Source of the DNA: Candidatus Kerfeldbacteria bacterium
GTDB taxonomy: Bacteria > Patescibacteriota > Patescibacteriia > UBA10025 > JAHIVO01
Direction of reading: 5' to 3'
Length of the DNA: 64,000 bases
Assembly: GCA_047946875.1 (NCBI GenBank)
Contig: CP181398.1
Span: 143,154-207,153 of the forward strand
Position 1 is the stretch's first letter. Each line of letters begins with the position of its first letter. The notes under the pieces are model-generated. The model saw nothing but the letters and a program-made list of their open reading frames with translations, had not been told where the DNA came from and searched no databases. Shown here in pieces: positions 49,280 to 58,402 of this stretch. The translations under genes and the position numbers were made by a program.

Positions 49280-50344
49280 ATGATGAAAATCGCTGATTTT
49301 CCAGTAGGACTTACGTTCGATGACGTTCTATTAGAACCACGCTTTTCTGATGTTGTGAGAAGTGAGGTAGATCTGAGTGCCCAGGTTACAAAAAAAATAA
49401 AGATTAAAATTCCCATTATAGCTGCCGCTATGGATACGGTCAGTGAATCAGCCATGGGGATTGTTTTAGGTAAATTGGGAGGTCTAGCAGTATTGCACAG
49501 AAACAACACGATCGATGAAGCAGTAACTATGGCCAAGAAAGTTAAAAGTAAAAGTTTAATTACTTCTGTTTCAGTTGGTCCGCATGATTTAGAAAGGGCA
49601 GTAGCATTGGATAAGGCTGGTGTAGATATTATTGTTGTAGATTGTGCTCATGCACATAACAAAAAAATCATTGCTAGTGCCAAGAAAATAAAGAAAAGTA
49701 TTAAAGCTCAATTGATGGTAGGTAATCTAGCAACAGCTGAAGCGGCAGAGCAATTCGTCGGTTTCGTTGATGCTATCAAAGTAGGTATCGGACCAGGCTC
49801 TATTTGTACAACTAGAGTTGTAGCTGGGATTGGCGTACCACAGTTATCAGCAATACTTGATGTAGTACGAGTAGCTAAGAAAAAGAATGTGCCAGTAGTA
49901 GCCGATGGAGGATTAAAATATTCTGGAGATGTAGTAAAAGCTTTAGCAGCAGGGGCATCTACGGTTATGCTTGGATCAATGTTGGCAGGTACTAAAGAAT
50001 CACCAGGAAAAGTTATTAAAATAAACGGTCAAACTGTAAAAGTATATAGAGGGATGGGAAGTCTAGGAGCAATGAAAAAAGGTCAGTCTACTGATAGGTA
50101 TTTTCAAAAAGGTAATAAAAAGTATGTCCCTGAGGGAGTAGAGGGAGTAATAAAATATAAAGGTACAGTAGAAGAAGTAATATGGAATCTTGTAGGTGGA
50201 TTAAAAAGTGGGATGGGGTATATCGGAGCGAAGAATATTGAGCAGATGAATAAAAAAGCTAAATTTATACGTATTACCAATGCAAGCCTAAAAGAATCAC
50301 ATCCACATACAATTACTATAAATAAAAAAGCACCAAATTATTAA
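49280..50344 (+). CDS. guaB: IMP dehydrogenase without CBS domains
   Basis: LTFDDVLL, GIGPGSICTTR, YRGMGS, flap DRY dyad, PEGVEG. Confidence 0.93.
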   Translation: MMKIADFPVGLTFDDVLLEPRFSDVVRSEVDLSAQVTKKIKIKIPIIAAAMDTVSESAMGIVLGKLGGLAVLHRNNTIDEAVTMAKKVKSKSLITSVSVGPHDLERAVALDKAGVDIIVVDCAHAHNKKIIASAKKIKKSIKAQLMVGNLATAEAAEQFVGFVDAIKVGIGPGSICTTRVVAGIGVPQLSAILDVVRVAKKKNVPVVADGGLKYSGDVVKALAAGASTVMLGSMLAGTKESPGKVIKINGQTVKVYRGMGSLGAMKKGQSTDRYFQKGNKKYVPEGVEGVIKYKGTVEEVIWNLVGGLKSGMGYIGAKNIEQMNKKAKFIRITNASLKESHPHTITINKKAPNY

Positions 50345-50352
50345 ATAAATAT

Positions 50353-51342
50353 ATGCCAAGAGAACATAATACACATAGAGCAGAATTACACGCCCATTTA
50401 GGGTCGTCTGTAGCACCATCTATTCTTTGGTCTATTGCACACCAACATGGTATCAAACTACCTAGTAAGGATTATTGGCATTTTGAAGATATGATTACGA
50501 TGACTGGTAACGAGAGAAATAAATCTCTGGATGATATGCATAATAATTTGTTTTACTGGACTGAGTTGATACAGTCGTCGCCTAATGCAATTGAAGATTC
50601 GGTACGTAGTGTTATCGGTGGAGGATATAGGAAATGTAATTTAACTATTCAAGAACTTAGGTTTAATCCAATGTTTAGAAATAGAGGTGGTGAGAAAGAT
50701 CTTGATCATATTATAGTATCTTCTTTGTGGGGATTAGACAGAGCAATGTTAGAATTCCCACAAGTACGAGCTGGAATTATACTAATGATGGATAGAACAC
50801 TTACTTATGAACAAAACTCTATAATTGTAAAAAAAGCTGTTAGATATAAAGATAGTGGAATTATTGGGATTGATTTGGCTGGTCCTCAGAGAAAATCTTT
50901 TTCAATAAAAAAACACGCTCAATTATTTAGGCAAGCTAAAGCTGCGGGTATGGGAACTACTATTCATACAGGTGAACAGGGAAGTTTGTCAGAGATGAGG
51001 TATGTGGTTAACGAAATCAAGCCTGACAGAATAGGTCATGGCCTACTTTGTGTTAAGGATAAAAAAATAATGGATAGTATTGTAAAACAAGATATAGTTT
51101 TGGAGTCATGTCCTACCTCAAATATTAAAAATAGTGTTGTTAAGAATGCGGCTGAATTAAAAAAGATTTTTCATGCTTATCTAAAAAATAAAGTTAAGTT
51201 TACAATCAATACTGATGGACCAGAGATGTATGATTCAAATATTTGTCAGGAGCAGGATTTCCTAGTGAAGAAAAAAATACTTACACCTGCTGACGTAAGA
51301 CAATGTAATAAGTGGGCTTTCGAAAGTACTTTTATCCAATAA
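50353..51342 (+). CDS. Adenosine/AMP deaminase family protein
   Basis: ELHAHL, GIDLAG, HTGE, RIGHG, CPTSN, NTDGP. Confidence 0.9.
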   Translation: MPREHNTHRAELHAHLGSSVAPSILWSIAHQHGIKLPSKDYWHFEDMITMTGNERNKSLDDMHNNLFYWTELIQSSPNAIEDSVRSVIGGGYRKCNLTIQELRFNPMFRNRGGEKDLDHIIVSSLWGLDRAMLEFPQVRAGIILMMDRTLTYEQNSIIVKKAVRYKDSGIIGIDLAGPQRKSFSIKKHAQLFRQAKAAGMGTTIHTGEQGSLSEMRYVVNEIKPDRIGHGLLCVKDKKIMDSIVKQDIVLESCPTSNIKNSVVKNAAELKKIFHAYLKNKVKFTINTDGPEMYDSNICQEQDFLVKKKILTPADVRQCNKWAFESTFIQ

Positions 51343-51354
51343 CAATATATTAAT

Positions 51355-52884
51355 ATGAGGGATGTAATTTTTGTTCTTGATTTTGGTTCTCAATATTCAC
51401 ATTTGATAGTTAGACGAATTCGTGAGATGGGTATTTTTGCTGAATTAATGCCCTATAATACGAAGCTTGAAGTTCTAAAAAAAGCAAAAGGAATAGTATT
51501 GTCTGGTGGTCCTCAAAATATTTCTGGTAATTCAGCATTAAAAGTAGATAGAGGCATCTTTAATTTGAATGTTCCAATTTTGGGTATTTGTTTTGGATTG
51601 CAATTGATATCACATCAGCTTGGAGGCAAGATAGAAAGATCTAGTAAGAAAGAATATGGACCTACGGTAATAAATATTACAACATCAGGGAAATTATTTG
51701 CTGGTATATCAAAAAAACAAATGACTTGGATGTCTCATGGCGATAAGGTTAGTAAATTACCGGCTGGGTTTAGGGCTTTAGCCAGTTCAGATAATTGTAA
51801 ATATGTAGCTATCTCAAATGAAAAGAAAAACATATTTGGTTTGCAGTTTCATCCAGAGGTTTCTCATACTAAAAATGGTAAAAAAATACTAGGTAATTTT
51901 ATAAAATTAACTAAGGCAAAAAAAACTTGGTCAATGAAAGATTTTATTGATAATAAAATAACAGAGATTAAAGACCAGATTGGAAAAGATAAGGTTGTTT
52001 GCGCCTTGTCAGGCGGAGTTGATTCATCAGTGGCATCTACTTTAGTAAATAAAGCGATCGGTAAACAGTTGTATTGTATATATGTAGATACAGGTATGAT
52101 GAGACAAAGGGAGACAGAACAAATTATAAAGACGTTTAGATCTTACCAAAAAATTAATCTTAAAGTGATCAAGGCTGAGAAGTTATTCCTAAGTAAGTTA
52201 AAAGGTATAATTGACCCAGAAAAGAAAAGAAAAATTATTGGAGAAATATTTATTCGTATTTTTGAAAAAGAAGCTAAAAAGATAGGTAAAGTAAAATGGT
52301 TGGTGCAAGGGACTTTATATACAGATGCTATTACTTCTGGAGTTAGTGTAGGTAAAAAAGCGGCCGTGATTAAATCTCATCATAATGTCGGAGGATTGCC
52401 GAAGAAATTTGGATTTACTTTGATAGAACCTTTTCGTTGGTTATATAAAGACGAGGTAAGAGAAGTTGGTAAATTATTGGGTTTACCTGATTCTGTAGTT
52501 CATAGACAACCATTCCCTGGTCCAGGTTTAGCTGTCAGAATAATAGGAGATATTACCAAAGAGAAATTGGAAATTTTAAGAAAAGCAGATTGGATAGCAA
52601 GGGAGGAAATAGAGGCAAGTGGCTGGCACAAGAGGTCACAACAGTATTTTGCAGTATTACCAACTATTAAGTCGGTTGGAGTTCAGGGTGATGCCAGGAC
52701 TTATGGTTATCCCATTATAATTCGCGCTGTTTCAACTATAGATTTTATGACAGTAGATTGGACACCATTCCCACATTCATTATTAAAAAAAATATCAGTC
52801 AGGATTACAAACGAAGTTAAAGAAGTAAATAGAGTGTTGTATGATATCACTTCTAAACCCCCAGGTACTGTTGAATGGGAATAG
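51355..52884 (+). CDS. guaA: GMP synthase (glutamine-hydrolysing)
   Basis: DFGSQY, GICFG, QFHPE, SGGVDS, IKSHHNV, PFPGPGL, KPPGTVEWE. Confidence 0.98.
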   Translation: MRDVIFVLDFGSQYSHLIVRRIREMGIFAELMPYNTKLEVLKKAKGIVLSGGPQNISGNSALKVDRGIFNLNVPILGICFGLQLISHQLGGKIERSSKKEYGPTVINITTSGKLFAGISKKQMTWMSHGDKVSKLPAGFRALASSDNCKYVAISNEKKNIFGLQFHPEVSHTKNGKKILGNFIKLTKAKKTWSMKDFIDNKITEIKDQIGKDKVVCALSGGVDSSVASTLVNKAIGKQLYCIYVDTGMMRQRETEQIIKTFRSYQKINLKVIKAEKLFLSKLKGIIDPEKKRKIIGEIFIRIFEKEAKKIGKVKWLVQGTLYTDAITSGVSVGKKAAVIKSHHNVGGLPKKFGFTLIEPFRWLYKDEVREVGKLLGLPDSVVHRQPFPGPGLAVRIIGDITKEKLEILRKADWIAREEIEASGWHKRSQQYFAVLPTIKSVGVQGDARTYGYPIIIRAVSTIDFMTVDWTPFPHSLLKKISVRITNEVKEVNRVLYDITSKPPGTVEWE

Positions 52885-52952
52885 CATATTAGTTGACTTT
52901 GCATTATTGATAATGTTAGGCTATATTAAGATAATAATTAATATATAAAAAT

Positions 52953-53306
52953 ATGCCAGGTGAATTAAGAGAAATAAGAGAAAGTGTAGAAAAGGCTGAA
53001 AAGCCTAAGAAAGAAATTGAAATGATGGCAGATTCCGCAAAAAATGATTTGTGGGTAGAAGTAAGCCAAGGAGAAGTAAGTTCTGCTTCGATATTGGATG
53101 GGAAGGATGGATTCACTGATGAGAGCAGAGAAGTAATGAATGCACAGATTATGCAAATCAGAGAATTGTTTAACCAAGCTGTAGAAAAACTCGGTGATGG
53201 TGAAGGAGAATCGGAAGATGTTGGTGACGGTCTATTAAAAGGATTAGAAAGAGGTTATGTAGAAATGCTAGAAAAAAAGATATCTGATTTAGAATTAGTA
53301 CTATAA
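52953..53306 (+). CDS. Hypothetical acidic protein
   Basis: 117-aa ORF followed by a terminator. Confidence 0.65.
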   Translation: MPGELREIRESVEKAEKPKKEIEMMADSAKNDLWVEVSQGEVSSASILDGKDGFTDESREVMNAQIMQIRELFNQAVEKLGDGEGESEDVGDGLLKGLERGYVEMLEKKISDLELVL

Positions 53307-53518
53307 ATACATGTTAATAAAAAAGGCGGTTATATTACCGTCTTTTTTGATTGACTTAAAATATAATATTTGGTAAAGTTTGTTTGGACAATAATCTAAT
53401 AAACATAAAAAGAGCAAATTAAAAATTATGTAAACCTTGACTTAGGAGGCAAGGATTTTTTTGCATGAAAATATATTTGTTGAAAATAAGAAATTTAAAC
53501 TCTAAATAGAGGTACTAA

Positions 53519-54826
53519 GTGGTGGAAAATAGAAACAATGCTGTATTAGGTTGCCAATGGGGCGATGAAGGTAAAGGCAAAGTTGTTGATCTTCTTTGTG
53601 ATGACGCTGATATAGTTGCTCGATTCCAAGGCGGTAACAATGCAGGACATACCATCGTGTTTGAAGGGAAAAAATATGTTCTTCATCTTGTCCCATCCGG
53701 GATATTCCGTCCAAATACTATTTGCGTAATAGGAAATGGTCCGGTGCTCGATCCATTCGCGTTTGTAGAAGAACTTGATAATTTGAAAAAATGGGAAGTA
53801 GATTATGAAGGCCGGATATTCATATCTGGAGCTACGAATCTAATCTTACCATATCATAAGATTATTGATGGTCTTCGTGAAAAGAGTCGTGGCGCTGGTT
53901 CTATCGGTACCACTAAACGAGGTATCGGTCCAGCATATGGCGATAAGACATTCCGTAGTCCAGTTATAAGTATAGCTGATCTAGTTGATTCACGAGATGG
54001 TTACAGCCGTCTTAAGGATTTGTTGGAAGTTAACCGCCTAGCTAAGGCACATTTACTTGATGGCCTTCCTGAAGAAGATCAGATTGACTGGGATGAGTTA
54101 TTCAAATCCTTAGTGGCTATGGCAGATATATTCCGTCCAATGATGGCGGATATTTCATTGCTTATAACCGAAGCTTACAAAGCTGGCAAGAAGATTGTCT
54201 TCGAAGGTGCTCAAGGAGCAATGTTGGATGTAGATCTTGGTACAAGGCCTTATGTAACTTCATCGCATGTTATTACAGGCGGTATTTGTACTGGATTGGG
54301 TATTGGTCCCAGGTTGATCGGTGCAGTAACTGGAATAATTAAAGCATACACTACTCGTGTAGGTGCAGGACCTTTCCCAACAGAACTTTTCGATGAGACA
54401 GGTGCCTATCTTTATAAAAAAGGTGAAGAAATTGGAGCTTCTACTGGACGAGACAGACGTTGTGGTTGGTTGGATTTAGTTTTATTGAAGCATACTTGTC
54501 GGATCAACGGTGTTGATGATTTTGCTCTTACCAAGATAGATGTGCTGGACGGCCTTGAAGAAATTAAGGTCTGTGTGGCTTATATGCTTGATGGTATAAA
54601 AATCACTGAAATGCCAGTTGATATGGGTAGACTTGGTGACTGTATACCAGTCTATGAGACTATCCCTGGTTGGGAAGGTGAGACAAGAGGAGTTACTTCT
54701 TATGAAGATCTTCCTGAAGGAGCAAAAAGTTATATCAAATACATTATTGATGCGCTTGGTATAAATCCGTCTCTCATTTCCACAGGTCCTGATCGGGAAG
54801 AAACTATTATTCTCGAAAATCACTAA
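53519..54826 (+). CDS. purA: Adenylosuccinate synthase
   Basis: QWGDEGKGK, GGNNAGHT, GTTKRGIGP.Y, EGAQG, TTRVG.GP, RRCGW. Confidence 0.97.
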   Translation: MVENRNNAVLGCQWGDEGKGKVVDLLCDDADIVARFQGGNNAGHTIVFEGKKYVLHLVPSGIFRPNTICVIGNGPVLDPFAFVEELDNLKKWEVDYEGRIFISGATNLILPYHKIIDGLREKSRGAGSIGTTKRGIGPAYGDKTFRSPVISIADLVDSRDGYSRLKDLLEVNRLAKAHLLDGLPEEDQIDWDELFKSLVAMADIFRPMMADISLLITEAYKAGKKIVFEGAQGAMLDVDLGTRPYVTSSHVITGGICTGLGIGPRLIGAVTGIIKAYTTRVGAGPFPTELFDETGAYLYKKGEEIGASTGRDRRCGWLDLVLLKHTCRINGVDDFALTKIDVLDGLEEIKVCVAYMLDGIKITEMPVDMGRLGDCIPVYETIPGWEGETRGVTSYEDLPEGAKSYIKYIIDALGINPSLISTGPDREETIILENH

Positions 54827-54839
54827 GTAATATTTATTA

Positions 54840-54870
54840 CAAACCTCGGTTGTTACAATCGGGGTTTTTT
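54840..54870 (+). terminator. Intrinsic terminator after purA
   Basis: AAACCTCGGTTG-loop-CAATCGGGGTTTTTT. Confidence 0.78.
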
Positions 54871-54947
54871 ATTATTTTAATTTTGTTTTGATCACTTCTC
54901 GTTACTCGCCTTGCCTGTCGGTAGGAAGGAATGATAGCAAAAAAATA

Positions 54948-55025
54948 TTGTCATCCTGAACAAAGTGAAGGATCTAATTATAACAAATCAAGGTTAAAGA
55001 TTCTTCGCTACACTCAGAATGACAA
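54948..55025. repeat. TGTCA...TGACA double-hairpin element abutting the GIY-YIG gene
   Basis: TTGTCATCCTGAACAAAGTGAAGGATCT...AGATTCTTCGCTACACTCAGAATGACAA, 3 bp from the stop codon. Confidence 0.88.
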
Positions 55026-55028
55026 GTT

Positions 55029-55316
55029 TTACCACCATTGAGCTAAATCAGTCCAGTCTGAATTAATACTATCAATTAATCTAATTTTCTTTATTCTTAA
55101 CCACCCTTTCAACTGCTTTTCCCTCATAATAGCGTCTTCTATATATTGATGCTCTTCATAATAAACTAATTTATTAAGATTATATTTAAATGTAAACCCT
55201 TTTTGTAGCTTATTCTTATGCTCAAATACTCTCCACTGTAAATTAGAAGTAACTCCAATATACAGAATTTTATTAGACCAATTTGTCATTATATATACAT
55301 AATATTGTCTATTCAT
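55029..55316 (-). CDS. Small GIY-YIG nuclease family protein
   Basis: YYVYIMTN...LYIGVTSNL..RV.EHK, FT.KY...KLVYYE, AI.REKQLKGW.R.KK...I...N..W.DL. Confidence 0.93.
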   Translation of the reverse strand: MNRQYYVYIMTNWSNKILYIGVTSNLQWRVFEHKNKLQKGFTFKYNLNKLVYYEEHQYIEDAIMREKQLKGWLRIKKIRLIDSINSDWTDLAQWW

Positions 55317-55472
55317 ACACAAAATCCCTAATAGTTATTAGGGAAGTTATTTTTATTTTATCTAATTTAAATGAGTTTGTATAGAGGGTTGACAAATTGT
55401 ATTAATGTGATATAGTGAATCGTTAAATAAAAAATAAACAAAGTAAATCACATTAAAAAGGAGGTAACGAAA

Positions 55473-55832
55473 ATGTCGTTACCATTACCATTAACCGTCG
55501 TAGTTGTATTGTCGGATAGACATAGCCAACCCTATCCTGATAACTTTCAACGTAAGTTTGCAACTATGGTAGCTGCAAAATTTTCGGAAATCTTCGATAG
55601 AAATATTGGGGATGTATTGATAACTTTCACTCCGGAATTGACACCTACAGTGACTGTGGAGAGTGGAATATTTGTCTATTTTCCGGGTGGCAATGAGTCA
55701 ATTTATCGTTCAGTGGAGCGTGTAATTGGAGAGGCTCGTGATAAGCACTTATTACCGGTTGTGAAGATGTATTTGATCCCACTTGATCCGGATAAGACCT
55801 GGGTCGGTGGACAGCTCGTAAGTACTGAGTAG
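55473..55832 (+). CDS. Hypothetical protein
   Basis: AAGGAGG SD, own promoter and terminator. Confidence 0.7.
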   Translation: MSLPLPLTVVVVLSDRHSQPYPDNFQRKFATMVAAKFSEIFDRNIGDVLITFTPELTPTVTVESGIFVYFPGGNESIYRSVERVIGEARDKHLLPVVKMYLIPLDPDKTWVGGQLVSTE

Positions 55833-55953
55833 TCATTTTGTACAAATATCGCCCTGTCTTGTTATGAGATGGGGTTTTTTTATTGACTAATATAATAAAA
55901 AAGCCTCAGGGATAAACCAAAGGCTTCTAAAAGATCAACAGGTGGAATCTAAA

Positions 55954-56232
55954 CTATTTCAATTTCTTTCCACAACCAGTACAAAAGGTTCCTACCTGAT
56001 TTTCCTCGCCGCAATCCGGGCAAGGATTACCAGTTTTCTTGGGTTGTAAGGCCCCAACGATAGATGTATCACTACATTGTGTGCCACAATCTGGACAATA
56101 TTTTCCATTCATTGCTGGTAGAGGCATCCGACGACCACAAGAAGTACACTTATGGTTAGGATTCACCATATGATTACCATCAGCAGAAAGTCCAATAGCC
56201 ATCTTAGTTTTGTTATTTCTTCCCATAGTCAT
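55954..56232 (-). CDS. Double zinc-ribbon protein
   Basis: CTSC, CPDC, CPDC, CTGC; GGAGG SD before ATG 56232. Confidence 0.75.
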   Translation of the reverse strand: MTMGRNNKTKMAIGLSADGNHMVNPNHKCTSCGRRMPLPAMNGKYCPDCGTQCSDTSIVGALQPKKTGNPCPDCGEENQVGTFCTGCGKKLK

Positions 56233-56445
56233 TTTAATTCCTCCGAGTAGGTAGATGTGAAGTCTTACTGATTTAATAATAATTGACAATAAAATCTATC
56301 ATATGTATTAACATTTGTCAATACATAATAAAAACCCTGATTATTTAGTAGTTAGGGTATTTTTATTGACCAATATAATGCAAAATGATAAGGTAATTTA
56401 ATCACAAAAAATAGAACTTTAATAACAGAAAAAAAGGAGAGAGTA

Positions 56446-57789
56446 GTGATTATACGCTATACACCAGAACTCATTGGTTCAATATTCACAGATCAAGCTA
56501 AATTTCAAAGCTGGCTTGATGTAGAATTAGCCTTTGTCAAAATACGATGTGAACGAGGAGATTATCCTGAAGATATTTACCCAAGGATGGTAGTCCAGGC
56601 TAAGTTTGATGTTAACGAGATTATTGAGCTTGATAAAAAAATCGAGCATGATATGTTAGCATTTATTGAAAACGTACGCTCATATATGGATGAAGACCTT
56701 CGTAAATATTTCCACAAAGGACTAACTTCTTATGATATAGAAGTACCAGCTCAGTCAATAGTTCTTCAGCGTGCTGAAGAAATTATATTAACTGATCTTA
56801 ATTCTCTGGTCATGGCCGTTAGGATGCAGGCTTCAAGGCATATGTGGACTTACCGGATGGGTATGTCTCATGGGAAAGATGGAAAACCAAGTACATTTGG
56901 TTGGTTGTTAAACTCAACCGCTTTAACTGGTTTTGAACTTGGTCAAAAAAATCTTCAAGAATGTTTTAAACAAACAAGGTTGGCAAAATGTTCAGGAGCA
57001 ATGGGTAACTATATGACTATTACTCCGGAGCTTGAAGAGGCTGTTCTTTCAGAACTAGGTCTTATTCCTAGAGCCTCTACGCAGATTAATATGCGTGACG
57101 TCTTGGCAAATCTTCTCTCTCAAATCGCTACTATCGGTGGTGTGATGGAGAAGTTAGCAATCGATCTAAGATTGATGGCCACTAGTCGTTTTGAAGAAGT
57201 TTGTGAACCTCGTCGTAAAGAACAAAAAGGTTCTTCGGCTATGCCACATAAGAAGAATCCAATTATTCTTGAGCGGGTGACCGGAATGTCTTCTCTACTT
57301 CGTTGCTACGATCAAGCAATGAAAGAAAATATCAAAACTTGGTTAGAGCGAGATATTGCTCAGTCCAGTGTTGAACGCATTGCGATGGTTGACTCATTAG
57401 TATTGTTTGATTACATGCTTCAGAAAATGACTTGGATTATGAATAATCTGGTCGTGGATCGTGAAAACATGATCAGAAATATTGATGCATCATATGGTAT
57501 CTGGGCTTCGGAAGATGTTAAACTAATGCTTTGCGATATGGATTTTGATACGGATGAAGTATATATATTCGTTCAGCAATGTGCTTTTACTGCCCTTGAA
57601 GATCGCGTGTCTTTTAAAACTGTTTTGCAGACTACAGTATTTCCGCCGGCAAACAAACAGTTCATTGACGTTGTTGATCTCAAAAAGCTTGATGAATGTT
57701 TTGATTATGTATCAAAGCTTGTAAATCTGAAAAAGATGTATGAAAGATCCAATTTAGATTTTGAAATTGCTCTTGAACCAAACTGTTAA
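56446..57789 (+). CDS. purB: Adenylosuccinate lyase
   Basis: MI.RYT, H.GLTSYD, SGAMG.Y, GSSAMPHKKNP, ERDI..SS.ER. Confidence 0.95.
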   Translation: MIIRYTPELIGSIFTDQAKFQSWLDVELAFVKIRCERGDYPEDIYPRMVVQAKFDVNEIIELDKKIEHDMLAFIENVRSYMDEDLRKYFHKGLTSYDIEVPAQSIVLQRAEEIILTDLNSLVMAVRMQASRHMWTYRMGMSHGKDGKPSTFGWLLNSTALTGFELGQKNLQECFKQTRLAKCSGAMGNYMTITPELEEAVLSELGLIPRASTQINMRDVLANLLSQIATIGGVMEKLAIDLRLMATSRFEEVCEPRRKEQKGSSAMPHKKNPIILERVTGMSSLLRCYDQAMKENIKTWLERDIAQSSVERIAMVDSLVLFDYMLQKMTWIMNNLVVDRENMIRNIDASYGIWASEDVKLMLCDMDFDTDEVYIFVQQCAFTALEDRVSFKTVLQTTVFPPANKQFIDVVDLKKLDECFDYVSKLVNLKKMYERSNLDFEIALEPNC

Positions 57790-57850
57790 ATACAAAAAAA
57801 TAACCGCCAGAGTTTAAACTTCGGCGGTTTTATTTTGCGTAAGAAAGAAA

Positions 57851-58129
57851 TTATCTTACTTTCTCTGCTGGATCGTCGAATGATATGTAGACTTTATCAT
57901 CTTTGCCACCATTTTCGACTGGATCAATCGGCTTAATGATGATGGTTCGGCTATTTTTTTCGAATCCGACAATATGTCCAGTGACTTCGCCATCATTCGT
58001 AAAAACCCTGATTTTTTTTGCGTGTCTTGGCATGGCGAGTTTTACGCCTCCGCCATCTTTTGGAAGTTGGGAAAGCAAATTTTTTGCAGTAGTGTGGATT
58101 TGCCTATTATCGGCTGTAGTGAAGCACAT
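57851..58129 (-). CDS. Hypothetical protein
   Basis: GGAGG SD; shares a bidirectional terminator with purB. Confidence 0.55.
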   Translation of the reverse strand: MCFTTADNRQIHTTAKNLLSQLPKDGGGVKLAMPRHAKKIRVFTNDGEVTGHIVGFEKNSRTIIIKPIDPVENGGKDDKVYISFDDPAEKVR

Positions 58130-58402
58130 ATAATCCCTCCAATGGAATAGTTATACTATTATCAATATCATTTGTTTTTTCTGATGATACATTTAATAGA
58201 ACTATCCATCGGGGTTTGTGAGGAGAGTACTCGATTTTTTCATTAAATTCCTCTAATAAAAAGGTTTGCGATTAAAAGCTTATTTATGCTTTATTATTTT
58301 TTAGGAGCATCTTTGTAGTCAATTTGACACCTTACTATATATTATTATAGGTGTCAATGGGGTTTTCAGCAAGGTCTAAAAATGATAAAATTATTATAAT
58401 AT

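Noticed and set aside
49280-50344. GMP reductase instead of IMPDH
   Set aside because: The flap Arg-Tyr dyad (DRY) and linkage to guaA support IMPDH.
53519-54826. PurZ (2-aminoadenine pathway) instead of PurA
   Set aside because: Has the canonical PurA GDEGKG with catalytic Asp, not the Ser variant, and no phage context.
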